A stretch of 64,000 nucleotides of DNA from an uncultured Clostridiaceae bacterium (GTDB lineage: Bacteria > Bacillota > Clostridia > Tissierellales > Tepidimicrobiaceae): the NCBI GenBank assembly GCA_964564325.1, contig CAZMBD010000001.1, positions 71,867 through 135,866 on the forward strand, read 5' to 3'. Made by a program: the position numbers and the translations under genes. The notes under the pieces were generated by a model that searched no databases, was not told the DNA's origin, and saw nothing but the letters and a program-made list of their open reading frames with translations. Shown here one piece after another: positions 8,684-18,486 of the stretch (the stretch's first letter is position 1; every line of letters begins with the position of its first letter).

Positions 8684-10024
8684 TTAGAAAAAGGGCATTC
8701 CAAATTTCCCTTTTTTCTTCATATTTTTTTCTATGTCTCCAAATCTCTTCATCATTTTTTGAGTTTCCTTGAATTGCTTTAATAGTTTATTTACATCTTG
8801 AACTGTAGTACCACTACCATTAGCAATTCTCTTTCTTCTCTTACTATCTATTATACTTGGGTTTTCTCTTTCTGCTGGAGTCATAGATTGTATAATGGCC
8901 TGTATTCTAACTATTTCCTTTTCATCTACATTTAAGCCCTTTAGCGCCTTAGAATTCATTCCAGGTATCATACCCATTATTTCATCTAATGGTCCTAAAT
9001 TTTTCATCTCTTCCAATTGGTCTAAGAAATCTTCCAAAGTAAATTGTTGGGAACGAAGTTTTTTCTCCAATTCAATTGCTTTCTTTTCATCGAAAGAAGA
9101 CTGAGCCTTTTCAATTAAAGTTAGTACATCTCCCATACCTAATATCCTAGAAGCCATTCTATCTGGATGGAAGGTCTCTAATTGATCTAGTTTCTCTCCC
9201 ATTCCCACAAATTTTATAGGTTTACCAGTTACAGTTCTAATAGATAGAGCAGCACCACCTCTAGCATCTCCGTCTAATTTAGTTAATACTACACCTGAAA
9301 TCTCTAAAGCTTCATTAAAAGTCTTGGCTACATTTACAGCATCTTGCCCTGTCATAGCATCTACAACTAAAAGAACTTCTTCAGGATTTACTGCATCATG
9401 AATATTTTTAAGCTCATCCATTAATTCTTCATCTATATGAAGTCTACCAGCAGTATCTATAATTATCACATCATGATTATTTCTTTTACCGTGTTCCATT
9501 GCTGCCTTTGCAATATCTACAGGATTAGTTTTGTTTCCCATTGAAAATACTGGAACTCCAGCTTTTTCACCTACTATCTCTAATTGCTTAATAGCAGCAG
9601 GTCTATATATATCACAAGCAACTAATAAAGGCCTCTTATTTTGTTTTTTAAGATTATAAGCTAATTTCCCTGTAGTAGTAGTTTTACCAGCCCCCTGTAG
9701 CCCACACATTAATATAACTGTAGGTGGTGTAGGTGAGAAATTTATTTTTTCTTCCTTCTCTCCCATTAAAATAGTCAATTCTTCATTTACTATTTTAATT
9801 ACCTGTTGCCCAGGAGTTAAACTCTCCATTACTTCAGAGCCAATTGCTCTTTCTTTTACTCTATTTGTAAAATTTTTTACAACTTTAAAATTGACATCTG
9901 CCTCTAAAAGTGCCAATCTTACTTCTCTCATTGCCATATCTACATCTTTTTCAGAAAGTTTCCCCTTGCCTTTTAATTGACTCAATGCATTTTGTAATTT
10001 TTCAGCTAAAGATTCAAACGCCAT
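8684..10024 (-). CDS. ffh: Signal recognition particle protein Ffh
   Basis: GLQGAGKTTT and DTAGRL motifs; Met-rich M domain (MGMIPGM). Confidence 0.97.
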   Translation of the reverse strand: MAFESLAEKLQNALSQLKGKGKLSEKDVDMAMREVRLALLEADVNFKVVKNFTNRVKERAIGSEVMESLTPGQQVIKIVNEELTILMGEKEEKINFSPTPPTVILMCGLQGAGKTTTTGKLAYNLKKQNKRPLLVACDIYRPAAIKQLEIVGEKAGVPVFSMGNKTNPVDIAKAAMEHGKRNNHDVIIIDTAGRLHIDEELMDELKNIHDAVNPEEVLLVVDAMTGQDAVNVAKTFNEALEISGVVLTKLDGDARGGAALSIRTVTGKPIKFVGMGEKLDQLETFHPDRMASRILGMGDVLTLIEKAQSSFDEKKAIELEKKLRSQQFTLEDFLDQLEEMKNLGPLDEIMGMIPGMNSKALKGLNVDEKEIVRIQAIIQSMTPAERENPSIIDSKRRKRIANGSGTTVQDVNKLLKQFKETQKMMKRFGDIEKNMKKKGKFGMPFF

Positions 10025-10038
10025 AAATAATTCACCTC

Positions 10039-10407
10039 CTAATTCTCATCAATTATTTTACCTATTAGATTTTTAAGTTCCTTAGTTTTTTCTAATATTT
10101 TAAGATTCCCATTTTTTCTAGATTCCTCTTCTATTTCTTCCACTAAAATAGCAATTCCTTTAATTTCTTCTTTGTTTAAATTAAACTTTTCTATAAGTCC
10201 TAAACTATCCTCATATTCATATAGTTTGTGTTCTGATCTTTTAAGAGTATCATATACAGCTTGTCGACTAATATTCAATTCTTCACCTATTTCTGCTAAA
10301 GAGAAATCATAAATATAATATAATTCTACCACTGAATACTGTCTATCTGTTAGCAATTTGCCGTAAAAATCAAATAATATTCCAATTTCAACTAATTTTT
10401 CTACCAT
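10039..10407 (-). CDS. ylxM: YlxM/p13-like HTH protein of the SRP operon
   Basis: LFDFYGKLLT family motif with a sigma-70 region-4-like HTH. Start set to ATG 10407, behind a GGTGG SD. Confidence 0.88.
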   Translation of the reverse strand: MVEKLVEIGILFDFYGKLLTDRQYSVVELYYIYDFSLAEIGEELNISRQAVYDTLKRSEHKLYEYEDSLGLIEKFNLNKEEIKGIAILVEEIEEESRKNGNLKILEKTKELKNLIGKIIDEN

Positions 10408-10422
10408 AATAACCACCAATTT

Positions 10423-10463
10423 AAAATAACACTGTTAAGTATTTTCCTTGACAGTGTTATTTT
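10423..10463 (-). terminator. Hairpin between ftsY and ylxM (terminator-like)
   Basis: 13-bp perfect inverted repeat AAAATAACACTGT/ACAGTGTTATTTT with a 15-nt loop. The U tail on the sense strand is weak (TTAAATT). Confidence 0.5.
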
Positions 10464-10487
10464 AATATAATTTTATATCTTTGTCAA
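10459..10487 (-). promoter_or_regulatory. Sigma-A-type promoter for ylxM-ffh
   Basis: Minus strand TTGACA-17 nt-TAAAAT. The -10 overlaps the upstream arm of the hairpin. Confidence 0.6.
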
Positions 10488-10497
10488 CAACTAAATT

Positions 10498-11670
10498 TTA
10501 ATTAAAAATTGCCTCTACGAAATCTTCTGCATTGAAAATTTGCAAATCCTCAATTCCCTCTCCTACGCCAACTAATTTTACAGGTAAGCCTAGTTCTGAT
10601 TGAAGGGCTATGACTACTCCACCTTTTGCAGTACCGTCTAATTTGGTCAAAGCTACACCAGTAATATTAGCTACTTCTTTAAAGACTTTAGCCTGTGATA
10701 TGGCGTTTTGTCCCGTAGTTGCGTCTAATACTAATAGAACCTCTTTTTTAGCCTCAGGATATTCTCTTTCCACCACTCTAAATATTTTATTTAATTCATC
10801 CATTAAATTCTTTTTATTATGAAGTCTTCCTGCAGTATCACATATTAAAACATCAGATTTTCTTGCTTTTGCAGCTTGAATTCCATCATATATTACAGCA
10901 GCAGGATCTGCACCTTCCTTATGAGCTATTATATCTACACCAGATCTATTACCCCACTCTTCCAATTGTTCAATGGCCGCTGCTCTAAAGGTATCTCCTG
11001 CGGCTATTATGACCTTATTACCTTCCATTTTTAAATTATAAGAAAGTTTTCCAATAGTAGTAGTTTTACCTACTCCATTTACCCCTACTACTAATATAAC
11101 TGCAGGTGAAGGTTTAATATCTAGTAAATTAGAATTCTCAGTTTTAGTCATTATATTCAAAATTTCTTCTTTTAGCAATTCCTTAACCTCTTGAGGATCC
11201 TTAACCTTTTCTTTTTTAACCCTATCCCTTAAATTATCTATAATCTTCATAGTAGTACTAATCCCCACATCAGCAGTAACCAGAATTTCTTCTAAATCTT
11301 CAAATAATTCCTCATCAATTTTTTTATAAGAACTAAGTATACCATCAATTTTATCTGTAAAATCTTTTCTAGTCTTATCTAGACCAGCAAATAATTTTTC
11401 AAAAAAATTAGGCTTTTTTTGTTTAATCTCTTCAGATTGTTCTTCTTCAATTTTTGTTTCCTCATAAATATATTCTTCTTCAAATTCCTGCTCTTCTTTA
11501 CAAGAAGTTTCTTCGCCTATCTTGTATTGTCCCTGGGTTTCAGGTTCTTCTTCGCAAGTAGATTTCTCTTTTAAAGAGAGTTTCTCTTCCTCAACTTCTA
11601 TTTCTTCAATTTGATCTATTTTTTCTTTATTTTCATCTTTTTTGCCCCATTTAAAAAAGTTTTTAAACAT
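10498..11670 (-). CDS. ftsY: SRP receptor FtsY
   Basis: Acidic N-terminal A domain, then GVNGVGKTTTIGK and DTAGRLHNK. Start set to ATG 11670, 5 nt after a GAGGAGG SD. Confidence 0.96.
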   Translation of the reverse strand: MFKNFFKWGKKDENKEKIDQIEEIEVEEEKLSLKEKSTCEEEPETQGQYKIGEETSCKEEQEFEEEYIYEETKIEEEQSEEIKQKKPNFFEKLFAGLDKTRKDFTDKIDGILSSYKKIDEELFEDLEEILVTADVGISTTMKIIDNLRDRVKKEKVKDPQEVKELLKEEILNIMTKTENSNLLDIKPSPAVILVVGVNGVGKTTTIGKLSYNLKMEGNKVIIAAGDTFRAAAIEQLEEWGNRSGVDIIAHKEGADPAAVIYDGIQAAKARKSDVLICDTAGRLHNKKNLMDELNKIFRVVEREYPEAKKEVLLVLDATTGQNAISQAKVFKEVANITGVALTKLDGTAKGGVVIALQSELGLPVKLVGVGEGIEDLQIFNAEDFVEAIFN

Positions 11671-11680
11671 ATTATCCTCC

Positions 11681-14600
11681 TCAACTAGCAATTTCTTCTA
11701 AATTATCTGTTAATTTAACAGAAATTATTTTACTTATACCTTCTTCTTCCATAGTTACCCCATATAATATATCTGCCATTTCCATAGTACTTTTTCTATG
11801 AGTAATCATGATAAACTGAGTTTCATGAGATAAAGATTTCAAATAATTTGTATATCTATTTATATTAGCCTCATCTAATGCCGCATCAATTTCATCTAAT
11901 ATACAAAATGGCGTAGGCTTAATTTGGAGAATTGCAAATAGTAATGCTACAGCTGTAAGAGATTTTTCACCACCAGATAACAAAGTTAAACTTTGCAACT
12001 TTTTCCCAGGGGGTTGTGCATTTATCTCTATGCCACAGGTCAATATATTTTCTTCATCTTCTAATTTTAATTCAGCCTTACCTCCATTAAATAGTATAGA
12101 AAATACTTGATTAAATTCTTTGTTAATTAAATCAAAATTATACAAAAATTGTTCAGTCATTTTATCTTCCATATCTACTATTACTTTTTGAAGATCAGAT
12201 TTGGCCTCTAATAAATCTTTATGTTGTTTAGATATAAATGCAAATCTTTCAGACACTAATTTGTACTCCTCTATGGAAGATAAATCCACAGTACCAATTT
12301 TCTTTATTTCTCCCTTTAATTTATTTACTTTAGCTTTTGTTTCATTTAAATCTTCTATTTCCTTCCACGATTTTAAGGCTTCAGTATATTCTAGATCATA
12401 ATCATCTGATAATTTGCCATTTATATTATCTAATTGTACATTATATTTTGCTTCTTTTACGTCCCAATTATTTCTAGCCTTTTCATATTTACTTAACTTT
12501 TCATTTATTTCTTTAAGGTTTTTCTGTTCTAGATAATAATCTCCCATAAGTTTATCCTTTTCATTTTTTAAAAGAATAAATTCATTGTTCTTTTCCTTTT
12601 CTTTATCCGATAATAATTTGATACTATTTTCAATATTTCTTGTTTCATCTACTATATAATTTATTTCTTCTTCGATTTTTTTTATTTCGGATATTTTTTT
12701 ATTTCGAGTATCCTCTATTGTTTGAATTTCTCTTCCTATTTTTTCAATTTTCTCTTTATTATTATTTAAATTATTATCTAAGGAATTTATTTCAAGTTTT
12801 GTATCACTTGTCTTGGCTAAAAATTCGTCTCTTACGGCCTTCTCTTCTTTAAATTTATTAAGTAGTTCATCTATATTGTTTTTTAACAATATGTTTTTTT
12901 CTTGAATTTCATTTAAATCCTCAATTAATAAAGTTTTATTTTTCACTATTTCTTCTAATTCTAAACTTAATTCTATAATTTCTCCTTTATATTTTTTAAT
13001 AAATTCATAATTTCTATCTATATCTGTTAATTGCTTGTTTTTTTCATTTTCTGTTTTAACTACTTCAATATTTAATTCTTGTAGCTTTTCATTTTGCGAA
13101 CTTAATTCTTCAGTAATTTGATTTAGTTTTAATTTAATATCTAGTTTTTCTTTTTCCAAAGAATTTTGTAAAAGAGAAAGTTTATTTATTTCTTCCTTTA
13201 ATTTTTCTATTCTAGTTTTTCTATTAAGTAAATTTCCACTTATCTTTGGCATACTTCCACCTGTCATGGAACCTCCTGCATTTATAATATCTCCTTCTAA
13301 TGTAGTTATTCTAAATTTATAATTAAATCTTTTAGCTACAGCTATGCCATCTTTTAAATTTTCTACCACTATAGTTCTACCTAGTAGGTATTCCATAATA
13401 TCTTTGTATTTGTCATCAAAACTTATTAGTTCAGAACCTAAACCTAGTATATTATACTTATTTCTATCCTCAATATTTATATTTATTGAATTACCCTTTA
13501 TTGTAGTAAGAGGTAAAAAAGTAATTCTACCTAATTTATTCTCCCTTAAATAATCTATTAGAAATTTAGCATCTTCCTCATTGGCAGTTACTATGTTTTG
13601 CAAACTACCTCCCAGTGCCACATCTATGGCCTTCTCATATTTTTCTTCTACTTCTATGAGATCCGCTATAATTCCAATTAGTTTTGCATCTAGTTTTTCA
13701 TTAGTTTTACATCTAATCATTAAATTTTTAACACTTTTATAATAGCCTTCATAATCTTCTTCCATATTTTTAAGCAAATTGTAGTTAGAAATATTTCCCT
13801 GTAATTCTATTTTATTTTTATTGATATCTTTATATAATTTATCTAAAATTTCTTGATATTTTTCCTCTTCTAATTTTAAATAAGCTATAGATTTATTAAA
13901 GCTTAAAATTTCCTTTTTACCTACTTCCTCTGTTTCTTCTATTTTTTTTATTAAACTTTCATTTTTTTCTATAGTAAGTTTTAATTTTTCTATTTCTCTT
14001 TCTAATTGTTTGATCCTACTTAAAATATTTTCTTCAAAACTTACCATATTATTTATTTTGCTTTTCTTATCAGCTATTAAATTATAATTCTCTAAAAGAA
14101 TATTTTTTTCTTTTTCTATACTTTTCTCACTTTCTTCAATTTTTTTATTTAATTCTATTAAATTTTTATTTTTTTCTATATACTCTTCTTTCAATAAAGC
14201 TAATCTTTTTTCTAAATCAGTACTTTCATTTTTAAGTATATGGCATTCATTTTTTATTTCGTCTTTTCTATTTGCTAATTCATTTAACTCCATATCTAAT
14301 CTATTTCTATCTTTAATATGAAATTTTTGTTTTTCCCTTAATAATTCTATATCATTTGTTTTTTGATTTAATTCTTTTAAAATTTCTAATTTTTCACTTT
14401 GTAATGTATTAGCTGAATTATCTAAGCTCTCAATTTCATTTTTCATTAAATTAAATTTATTTTCAATATTATTCTTATTTTTTATGATATCTTTTATTTG
14501 AATTTGAATTTTTTCTTTTTCTTCTTGGCAGTTTTTAATTATTTCTCTAATTTCATCTATTTTCCTTATAAAAAGATTTACTTCCAATTCTTTTAATTCC

Positions 14601-15259
14601 CTAGATAATTCTATAAACTTATTGGCTTTCACCGATTGCTCCTTAAGATAATCTAATTGTTTTTCTAATTCTCCTATAATATCTTCTATTCTAATTAGAT
14701 TTTCCTTAGTTTTTTCTAGTTTTTTTTCAGATAATTCTTTTTTAGTTTTATATTTTACTATTCCTGCTGCCTCTTCAAATATATTTCTCCTATCTTCTGG
14801 TCTACTACTTAAGATTTCATCTACCTTACCTTGTCCAATAATGGAATAGCCATCTTTTCCAACACCTGTATCCATAAATATTTCTTTAATATCTCTTAAT
14901 CTACAGGAGCTTTTATTTATATAGTATTCTGATTCTCCAGAACGAAACATTCTCCTAGTTATGGCCACTTCTTGATAATCTAATGGTATTAGTCCATCTT
15001 TATTGTCAAAAATTATAGTTACCTCTGCATATCCTAGAGCTTTTCTAGCATCAGTACCAGAAAAAATAACATCTTCCATTTTACTACCCCTTAGAGTTTT
15101 AACACTTTGTTCACCTAATACCCATCGAATAGCATCAGAAATATTGCTTTTGCCACTGCCATTAGGACCTACAATAGCAGTAATCCCTTCTTTAAAATCA
15201 ATTTCAATTTTATCTGCAAAAGATTTAAAACCCTGTATCTCTAATTTTTTTAAATGCAA
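11681..15259 (-). CDS. smc: Chromosome partition protein Smc
   Basis: GPNGSGKSN Walker A, long coiled coils and hinge, signature LSGGEKSLTAVALLFA. Probable TTG start at 15259 (MHLKKLEIQGFKSF), 6 nt after AGAGGTG. The track start at 15268 is a GTG inside the SD. Confidence 0.95.
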   Translation of the reverse strand: MHLKKLEIQGFKSFADKIEIDFKEGITAIVGPNGSGKSNISDAIRWVLGEQSVKTLRGSKMEDVIFSGTDARKALGYAEVTIIFDNKDGLIPLDYQEVAITRRMFRSGESEYYINKSSCRLRDIKEIFMDTGVGKDGYSIIGQGKVDEILSSRPEDRRNIFEEAAGIVKYKTKKELSEKKLEKTKENLIRIEDIIGELEKQLDYLKEQSVKANKFIELSRELKELEVNLFIRKIDEIREIIKNCQEEKEKIQIQIKDIIKNKNNIENKFNLMKNEIESLDNSANTLQSEKLEILKELNQKTNDIELLREKQKFHIKDRNRLDMELNELANRKDEIKNECHILKNESTDLEKRLALLKEEYIEKNKNLIELNKKIEESEKSIEKEKNILLENYNLIADKKSKINNMVSFEENILSRIKQLEREIEKLKLTIEKNESLIKKIEETEEVGKKEILSFNKSIAYLKLEEEKYQEILDKLYKDINKNKIELQGNISNYNLLKNMEEDYEGYYKSVKNLMIRCKTNEKLDAKLIGIIADLIEVEEKYEKAIDVALGGSLQNIVTANEEDAKFLIDYLRENKLGRITFLPLTTIKGNSININIEDRNKYNILGLGSELISFDDKYKDIMEYLLGRTIVVENLKDGIAVAKRFNYKFRITTLEGDIINAGGSMTGGSMPKISGNLLNRKTRIEKLKEEINKLSLLQNSLEKEKLDIKLKLNQITEELSSQNEKLQELNIEVVKTENEKNKQLTDIDRNYEFIKKYKGEIIELSLELEEIVKNKTLLIEDLNEIQEKNILLKNNIDELLNKFKEEKAVRDEFLAKTSDTKLEINSLDNNLNNNKEKIEKIGREIQTIEDTRNKKISEIKKIEEEINYIVDETRNIENSIKLLSDKEKEKNNEFILLKNEKDKLMGDYYLEQKNLKEINEKLSKYEKARNNWDVKEAKYNVQLDNINGKLSDDYDLEYTEALKSWKEIEDLNETKAKVNKLKGEIKKIGTVDLSSIEEYKLVSERFAFISKQHKDLLEAKSDLQKVIVDMEDKMTEQFLYNFDLINKEFNQVFSILFNGGKAELKLEDEENILTCGIEINAQPPGKKLQSLTLLSGGEKSLTAVALLFAILQIKPTPFCILDEIDAALDEANINRYTNYLKSLSHETQFIMITHRKSTMEMADILYGVTMEEEGISKIISVKLTDNLEEIAS

Positions 15260-15271
15260 ATCCAACACCTC

Positions 15272-16381
15272 TTAAATTTCTAATATATCTTTATGACTTA
15301 AAAATCTTTCTGTGGCCTTTCTTATGTCAAAAATATCTTCTCTTTCCCCTATATGAATTTTTATCATATCTAGTGGAAAATCTCTTCTATAGATTTTAAT
15401 ATTTTTTAATTTAAATCTTTCAACTAAATAATTAATATTAGAAGATTTTTGGCCAGATATATTAGATATAATTTTTTCATTGGCTTCAAGAACCATAGTT
15501 TCACCTTTAATTGTAGACCTGTCATAGTTTTTTAAATAATCTTCCAATAAATTTTTATATATATTAGACTCTACTAATTGCCTAAAAGAAGGGTGAAAAG
15601 GTCCAGCCACTACATCCTTACCTAATTGTATGTTTTCAGTAGGTTGTAAACCTATTCGTATTACATTTATATTATTGTATTCAAATAGCATTAAAATATC
15701 TGTAACTATATTTACAGCTTCCTCTACTGATAGTGGTATATACTTATTATTTTTATATATTTTTTCTAAATAAGTATCCTTTATAACTAAAGTAGGATAT
15801 ATTCGAACACAATATGGATCTAGCTTCACAAACTCCTTTGCTGTATATATTGCTTTTTCTCTAGTATCTCCCACTAATCCTATCATCATCTGCAATCCTA
15901 AATTAAATCCATATTCTTTTATGAGTTTAGATGCTCTATATACATCCTCTACGCTATGTCCTCTATAAGATTTCTTGAGAACTTCTTCATTTAGGGATTG
16001 TACGCCTAGTTCTATAGTGTCTACCTCATATTTTTTTAATAAGTCTAAAATATCTTTATCTATATAATCTGGTCTCGTAGATAATCTAATACCATGAATT
16101 TTACCTTCTTTTTTATATTGATATGGTATGGATAATAAATTCTCTTGATCTTTTTTATCAATACCAGTAAAACTTCCACCGTAAAAAGCCACTTCTATAT
16201 TTATAGGCCTTTTAGGAAAAGTAGCTAAATGTTCTTCTATGGTTTTTCTTACATCATCAGCTTGAATATTAGTAGATAATCCAGTAATTTTTCTTTGATT
16301 ACAGAAAATACAATCATGAGGACAGCCTAAATGTGGTACAAAAATTGGTATAATAAAATAATCTTTACTCAACTTCCTCAC
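15272..16381 (-). CDS. Radical SAM protein, ELP3/HemN-like core without an obvious extra domain
   Basis: N-terminal CPHDCIFC (CxxxCxxC) cluster, 369 aa. The start overlaps the 3' end of rnc by 17 nt. Confidence 0.8.
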   Translation of the reverse strand: MRKLSKDYFIIPIFVPHLGCPHDCIFCNQRKITGLSTNIQADDVRKTIEEHLATFPKRPINIEVAFYGGSFTGIDKKDQENLLSIPYQYKKEGKIHGIRLSTRPDYIDKDILDLLKKYEVDTIELGVQSLNEEVLKKSYRGHSVEDVYRASKLIKEYGFNLGLQMMIGLVGDTREKAIYTAKEFVKLDPYCVRIYPTLVIKDTYLEKIYKNNKYIPLSVEEAVNIVTDILMLFEYNNINVIRIGLQPTENIQLGKDVVAGPFHPSFRQLVESNIYKNLLEDYLKNYDRSTIKGETMVLEANEKIISNISGQKSSNINYLVERFKLKNIKIYRRDFPLDMIKIHIGEREDIFDIRKATERFLSHKDILEI

Positions 16382-17087
16382 CCATTTTGTATAAGGCCTG
16401 TTTAGCTGCCATTTGTTCTGCTTCTTTTTTATTTCTTCCTATGCCCTTCCCTATGATTTTATTTTCTACAACCACATTCATATAGAATTTTTTATTATGA
16501 TCTGGACCTACTTCTTTTTCTACTATATATTCAATTTTAGAATTATTTGTTTTTTGCAATATTTCCTGTAGATAGGTTTTATAATCTATAAATAAATTTC
16601 CTTTTGAAATTGCATAAATTACTTCCTCTTCAAACATATCTATTAAAAATTTTTTAGATGCTTCAATTCCTCCATCTAAATATATTGCTCCAGTTAATGC
16701 TTCAAAAGCATCTGCTAATATAGAATCTCGCTTTCTTCCTCCTGTAATTTCTTCACCTTTCCCAAGTAATAAATAATCTCCAAGTTTTATCTTCCTAGCA
16801 GCAAAAGCCAAAGAAGATTCACAAACTACTTTAGCCCGTTTCTTAGTTAAATCACCTTCTGGAAACTCTAGGAAGCGATGATATAGATATTCAGAAACTG
16901 TAAGACTTACTACTACATCTCCCAAGAATTCTAACCTTTCATTACTTTCATAACTTTCCAACTTATTCTCATTTGCATAAGAACTATGAGTTAAAGATCT
17001 ATTTAAAACTTCCATATTTCTAAAATTATAATTAATATTTAATTGTAATTCTTCTAAACTATCACGTCGTTTAGATGATATTTTCAC
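16365..17087 (-). CDS. rnc: Ribonuclease III
   Basis: ERLEFLGD signature and a C-terminal dsRBD (GIGRNKKEAEQMAAKQAL). Start uncertain. I prefer GTG 17087, 6 nt after a GGGGGT SD. Upstream in-frame ATGs at 17105 and 17120 lack an SD, and the one at 17120 lies inside a strong hairpin. Confidence 0.9.
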   Translation of the reverse strand: MKISSKRRDSLEELQLNINYNFRNMEVLNRSLTHSSYANENKLESYESNERLEFLGDVVVSLTVSEYLYHRFLEFPEGDLTKKRAKVVCESSLAFAARKIKLGDYLLLGKGEEITGGRKRDSILADAFEALTGAIYLDGGIEASKKFLIDMFEEEVIYAISKGNLFIDYKTYLQEILQKTNNSKIEYIVEKEVGPDHNKKFYMNVVVENKIIGKGIGRNKKEAEQMAAKQALYKMGEEVE

Positions 17088-17114
17088 TATATTACCCCCA
17101 ACCATAAAATTCAC

Positions 17115-17148
17115 TACCATTAGATCTTAAATTTAAGACCTAATGGTA
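17115..17148 (-). promoter_or_regulatory. Long perfect RNA hairpin between acpP and rnc
   Basis: Sense-strand UACCAUUAGGUCUUAAA/UUUAAGAUCUAAUGGUA. About 15 bp with one G-U pair and a central AAUU loop. No adjacent U tract. Confidence 0.6.
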
Positions 17149-17153
17149 AAACC

Positions 17154-17384
17154 TTAATTTAAAATATTATTAATATATTCTACTGCATCTTCTACAGTAT
17201 TTATATTTTCTACTTCCTCATCTTCCACTTCTAAATCAAATTCTTCCTCTAAAGACATAATAAGCTCTACTAAATCTATAGAATCTGCACCTAAATCCTT
17301 TCTAAAATCTGTTTCCATAGTAATTTTTTCTTCATCAATATTAAATTGTATAGATATCATATTTCTAATTTTTTCATATACCAT
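17154..17384 (-). CDS. acpP: Acyl carrier protein
   Basis: 76 aa, acidic, with a [10 protein letters not shown] phosphopantetheine-attachment motif. Confidence 0.95.
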   Translation of the reverse strand: MVYEKIRNMISIQFNIDEEKITMETDFRKDLGADSIDLVELIMSLEEEFDLEVEDEEVENINTVEDAVEYINNILN

Positions 17385-18377
17385 TTAAATACCTCCTTTT
17401 ATATCTTCCTCAATTATACTTATTACATTATTATCTGAAAAAGTCTTTACCTGTCTAATAGCATTTTTAATTGCAAAAGCATCAGAACTTCCATGAGCCT
17501 TTACTACTGGTTTTTTTAAACCCAATAGTGGTGCCCCACCATATTCCCTATAATCTAATCTATTTTTAAAGGATTTCAATTGGGCTTTTAACATTAATGC
17601 CCCTATTTTAGACTTAAAAGAACTAGCAAATTCCTCTTTTAATGTAGAAAACATAGTTATAGCCATTCCTTCAGTTAATTTTAATATTACATTTCCAACA
17701 AAACCATCACATACTATAATATCTACAATTCCTTCAGGAATATCCCTAATTTCTACATTCCCTATAAAATTTAAATTAGAATTAGAAAGCAATTCATAAG
17801 ACTCCCTAACTAAGATATTCCCCTTTCCTTCTTCTACACCAATATTAGCAAGACCAACTGTAGGAGATTTTATACCTAAAACTTTTTCACCATAAATAGA
17901 ACCCATAGTAGCAAATTGCATTAAATATTCAGGTTTTGAATCTACATTAGCACCTACATCCAAAATAAAAGAAATTCCTTTTTTAGTAGGATAAACCGTA
18001 GCCAATGCTGCCCTTTCAACGCCTTCTATTCGTTTTACTATAAAAAGCCCACCAGCTAACAATGCACCTGTATTCCCCGTAGATACAAAACCATCTCCTT
18101 GACCATTAGCCAAAGCTTCTAAACCTAAAACCATTGAAGAATTTTTTTTCCTCCTAATAGCAAGTACTGGTTCATCTTCGTTACTTATAGTTTCTTCCGC
18201 ATTTATTATTTCTATAGAATTTTTAGGATAGGTATATTTTGATAATTCCCTCTTAATTATATTTTCTTCTCCTACAAGTATTATTTCTACTCCAAATTCA
18301 TTAATGCCATCTACAGCGCCCTTAATTATTTCTTGGGGTCCTTTATCGCTACCCATGCTATCTACGATTATTTTCAT
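17385..18377 (-). CDS. plsX: Phosphate acyltransferase PlsX
   Basis: MKIIVDSMGSDKGP N-terminus and GFVSTGNTGA motif. Start set to ATG 18377, behind a GGAGGG SD. Confidence 0.95.
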   Translation of the reverse strand: MKIIVDSMGSDKGPQEIIKGAVDGINEFGVEIILVGEENIIKRELSKYTYPKNSIEIINAEETISNEDEPVLAIRRKKNSSMVLGLEALANGQGDGFVSTGNTGALLAGGLFIVKRIEGVERAALATVYPTKKGISFILDVGANVDSKPEYLMQFATMGSIYGEKVLGIKSPTVGLANIGVEEGKGNILVRESYELLSNSNLNFIGNVEIRDIPEGIVDIIVCDGFVGNVILKLTEGMAITMFSTLKEEFASSFKSKIGALMLKAQLKSFKNRLDYREYGGAPLLGLKKPVVKAHGSSDAFAIKNAIRQVKTFSDNNVISIIEEDIKGGI

Positions 18378-18446
18378 ATTAACCCTCCTCATAATCGCCA
18401 TTGATATTTAATATATTATAAAATATGTAAAAATGCAATAATTATA

Positions 18447-18481
18447 GAAAAAAAGATAGTGATATTTTCTCACTATCTTTT
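18447..18481 (-). terminator. Intrinsic terminator downstream of rpmF
   Basis: AAAAGATAGTGA-loop-TCACTATCTTTT followed by a T-run on the sense strand. Confidence 0.75.
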
Positions 18482-18486
18482 AGGTA

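Noticed and set aside
11681-15268. Highly repetitive, AT-rich, periodic-looking sequence that could suggest a repeat array.
   Set aside because: It is the coiled-coil coding region of smc (K/E/N/I/L heptads). There are no exact direct repeats with unique spacers, so it is not a CRISPR or satellite array.
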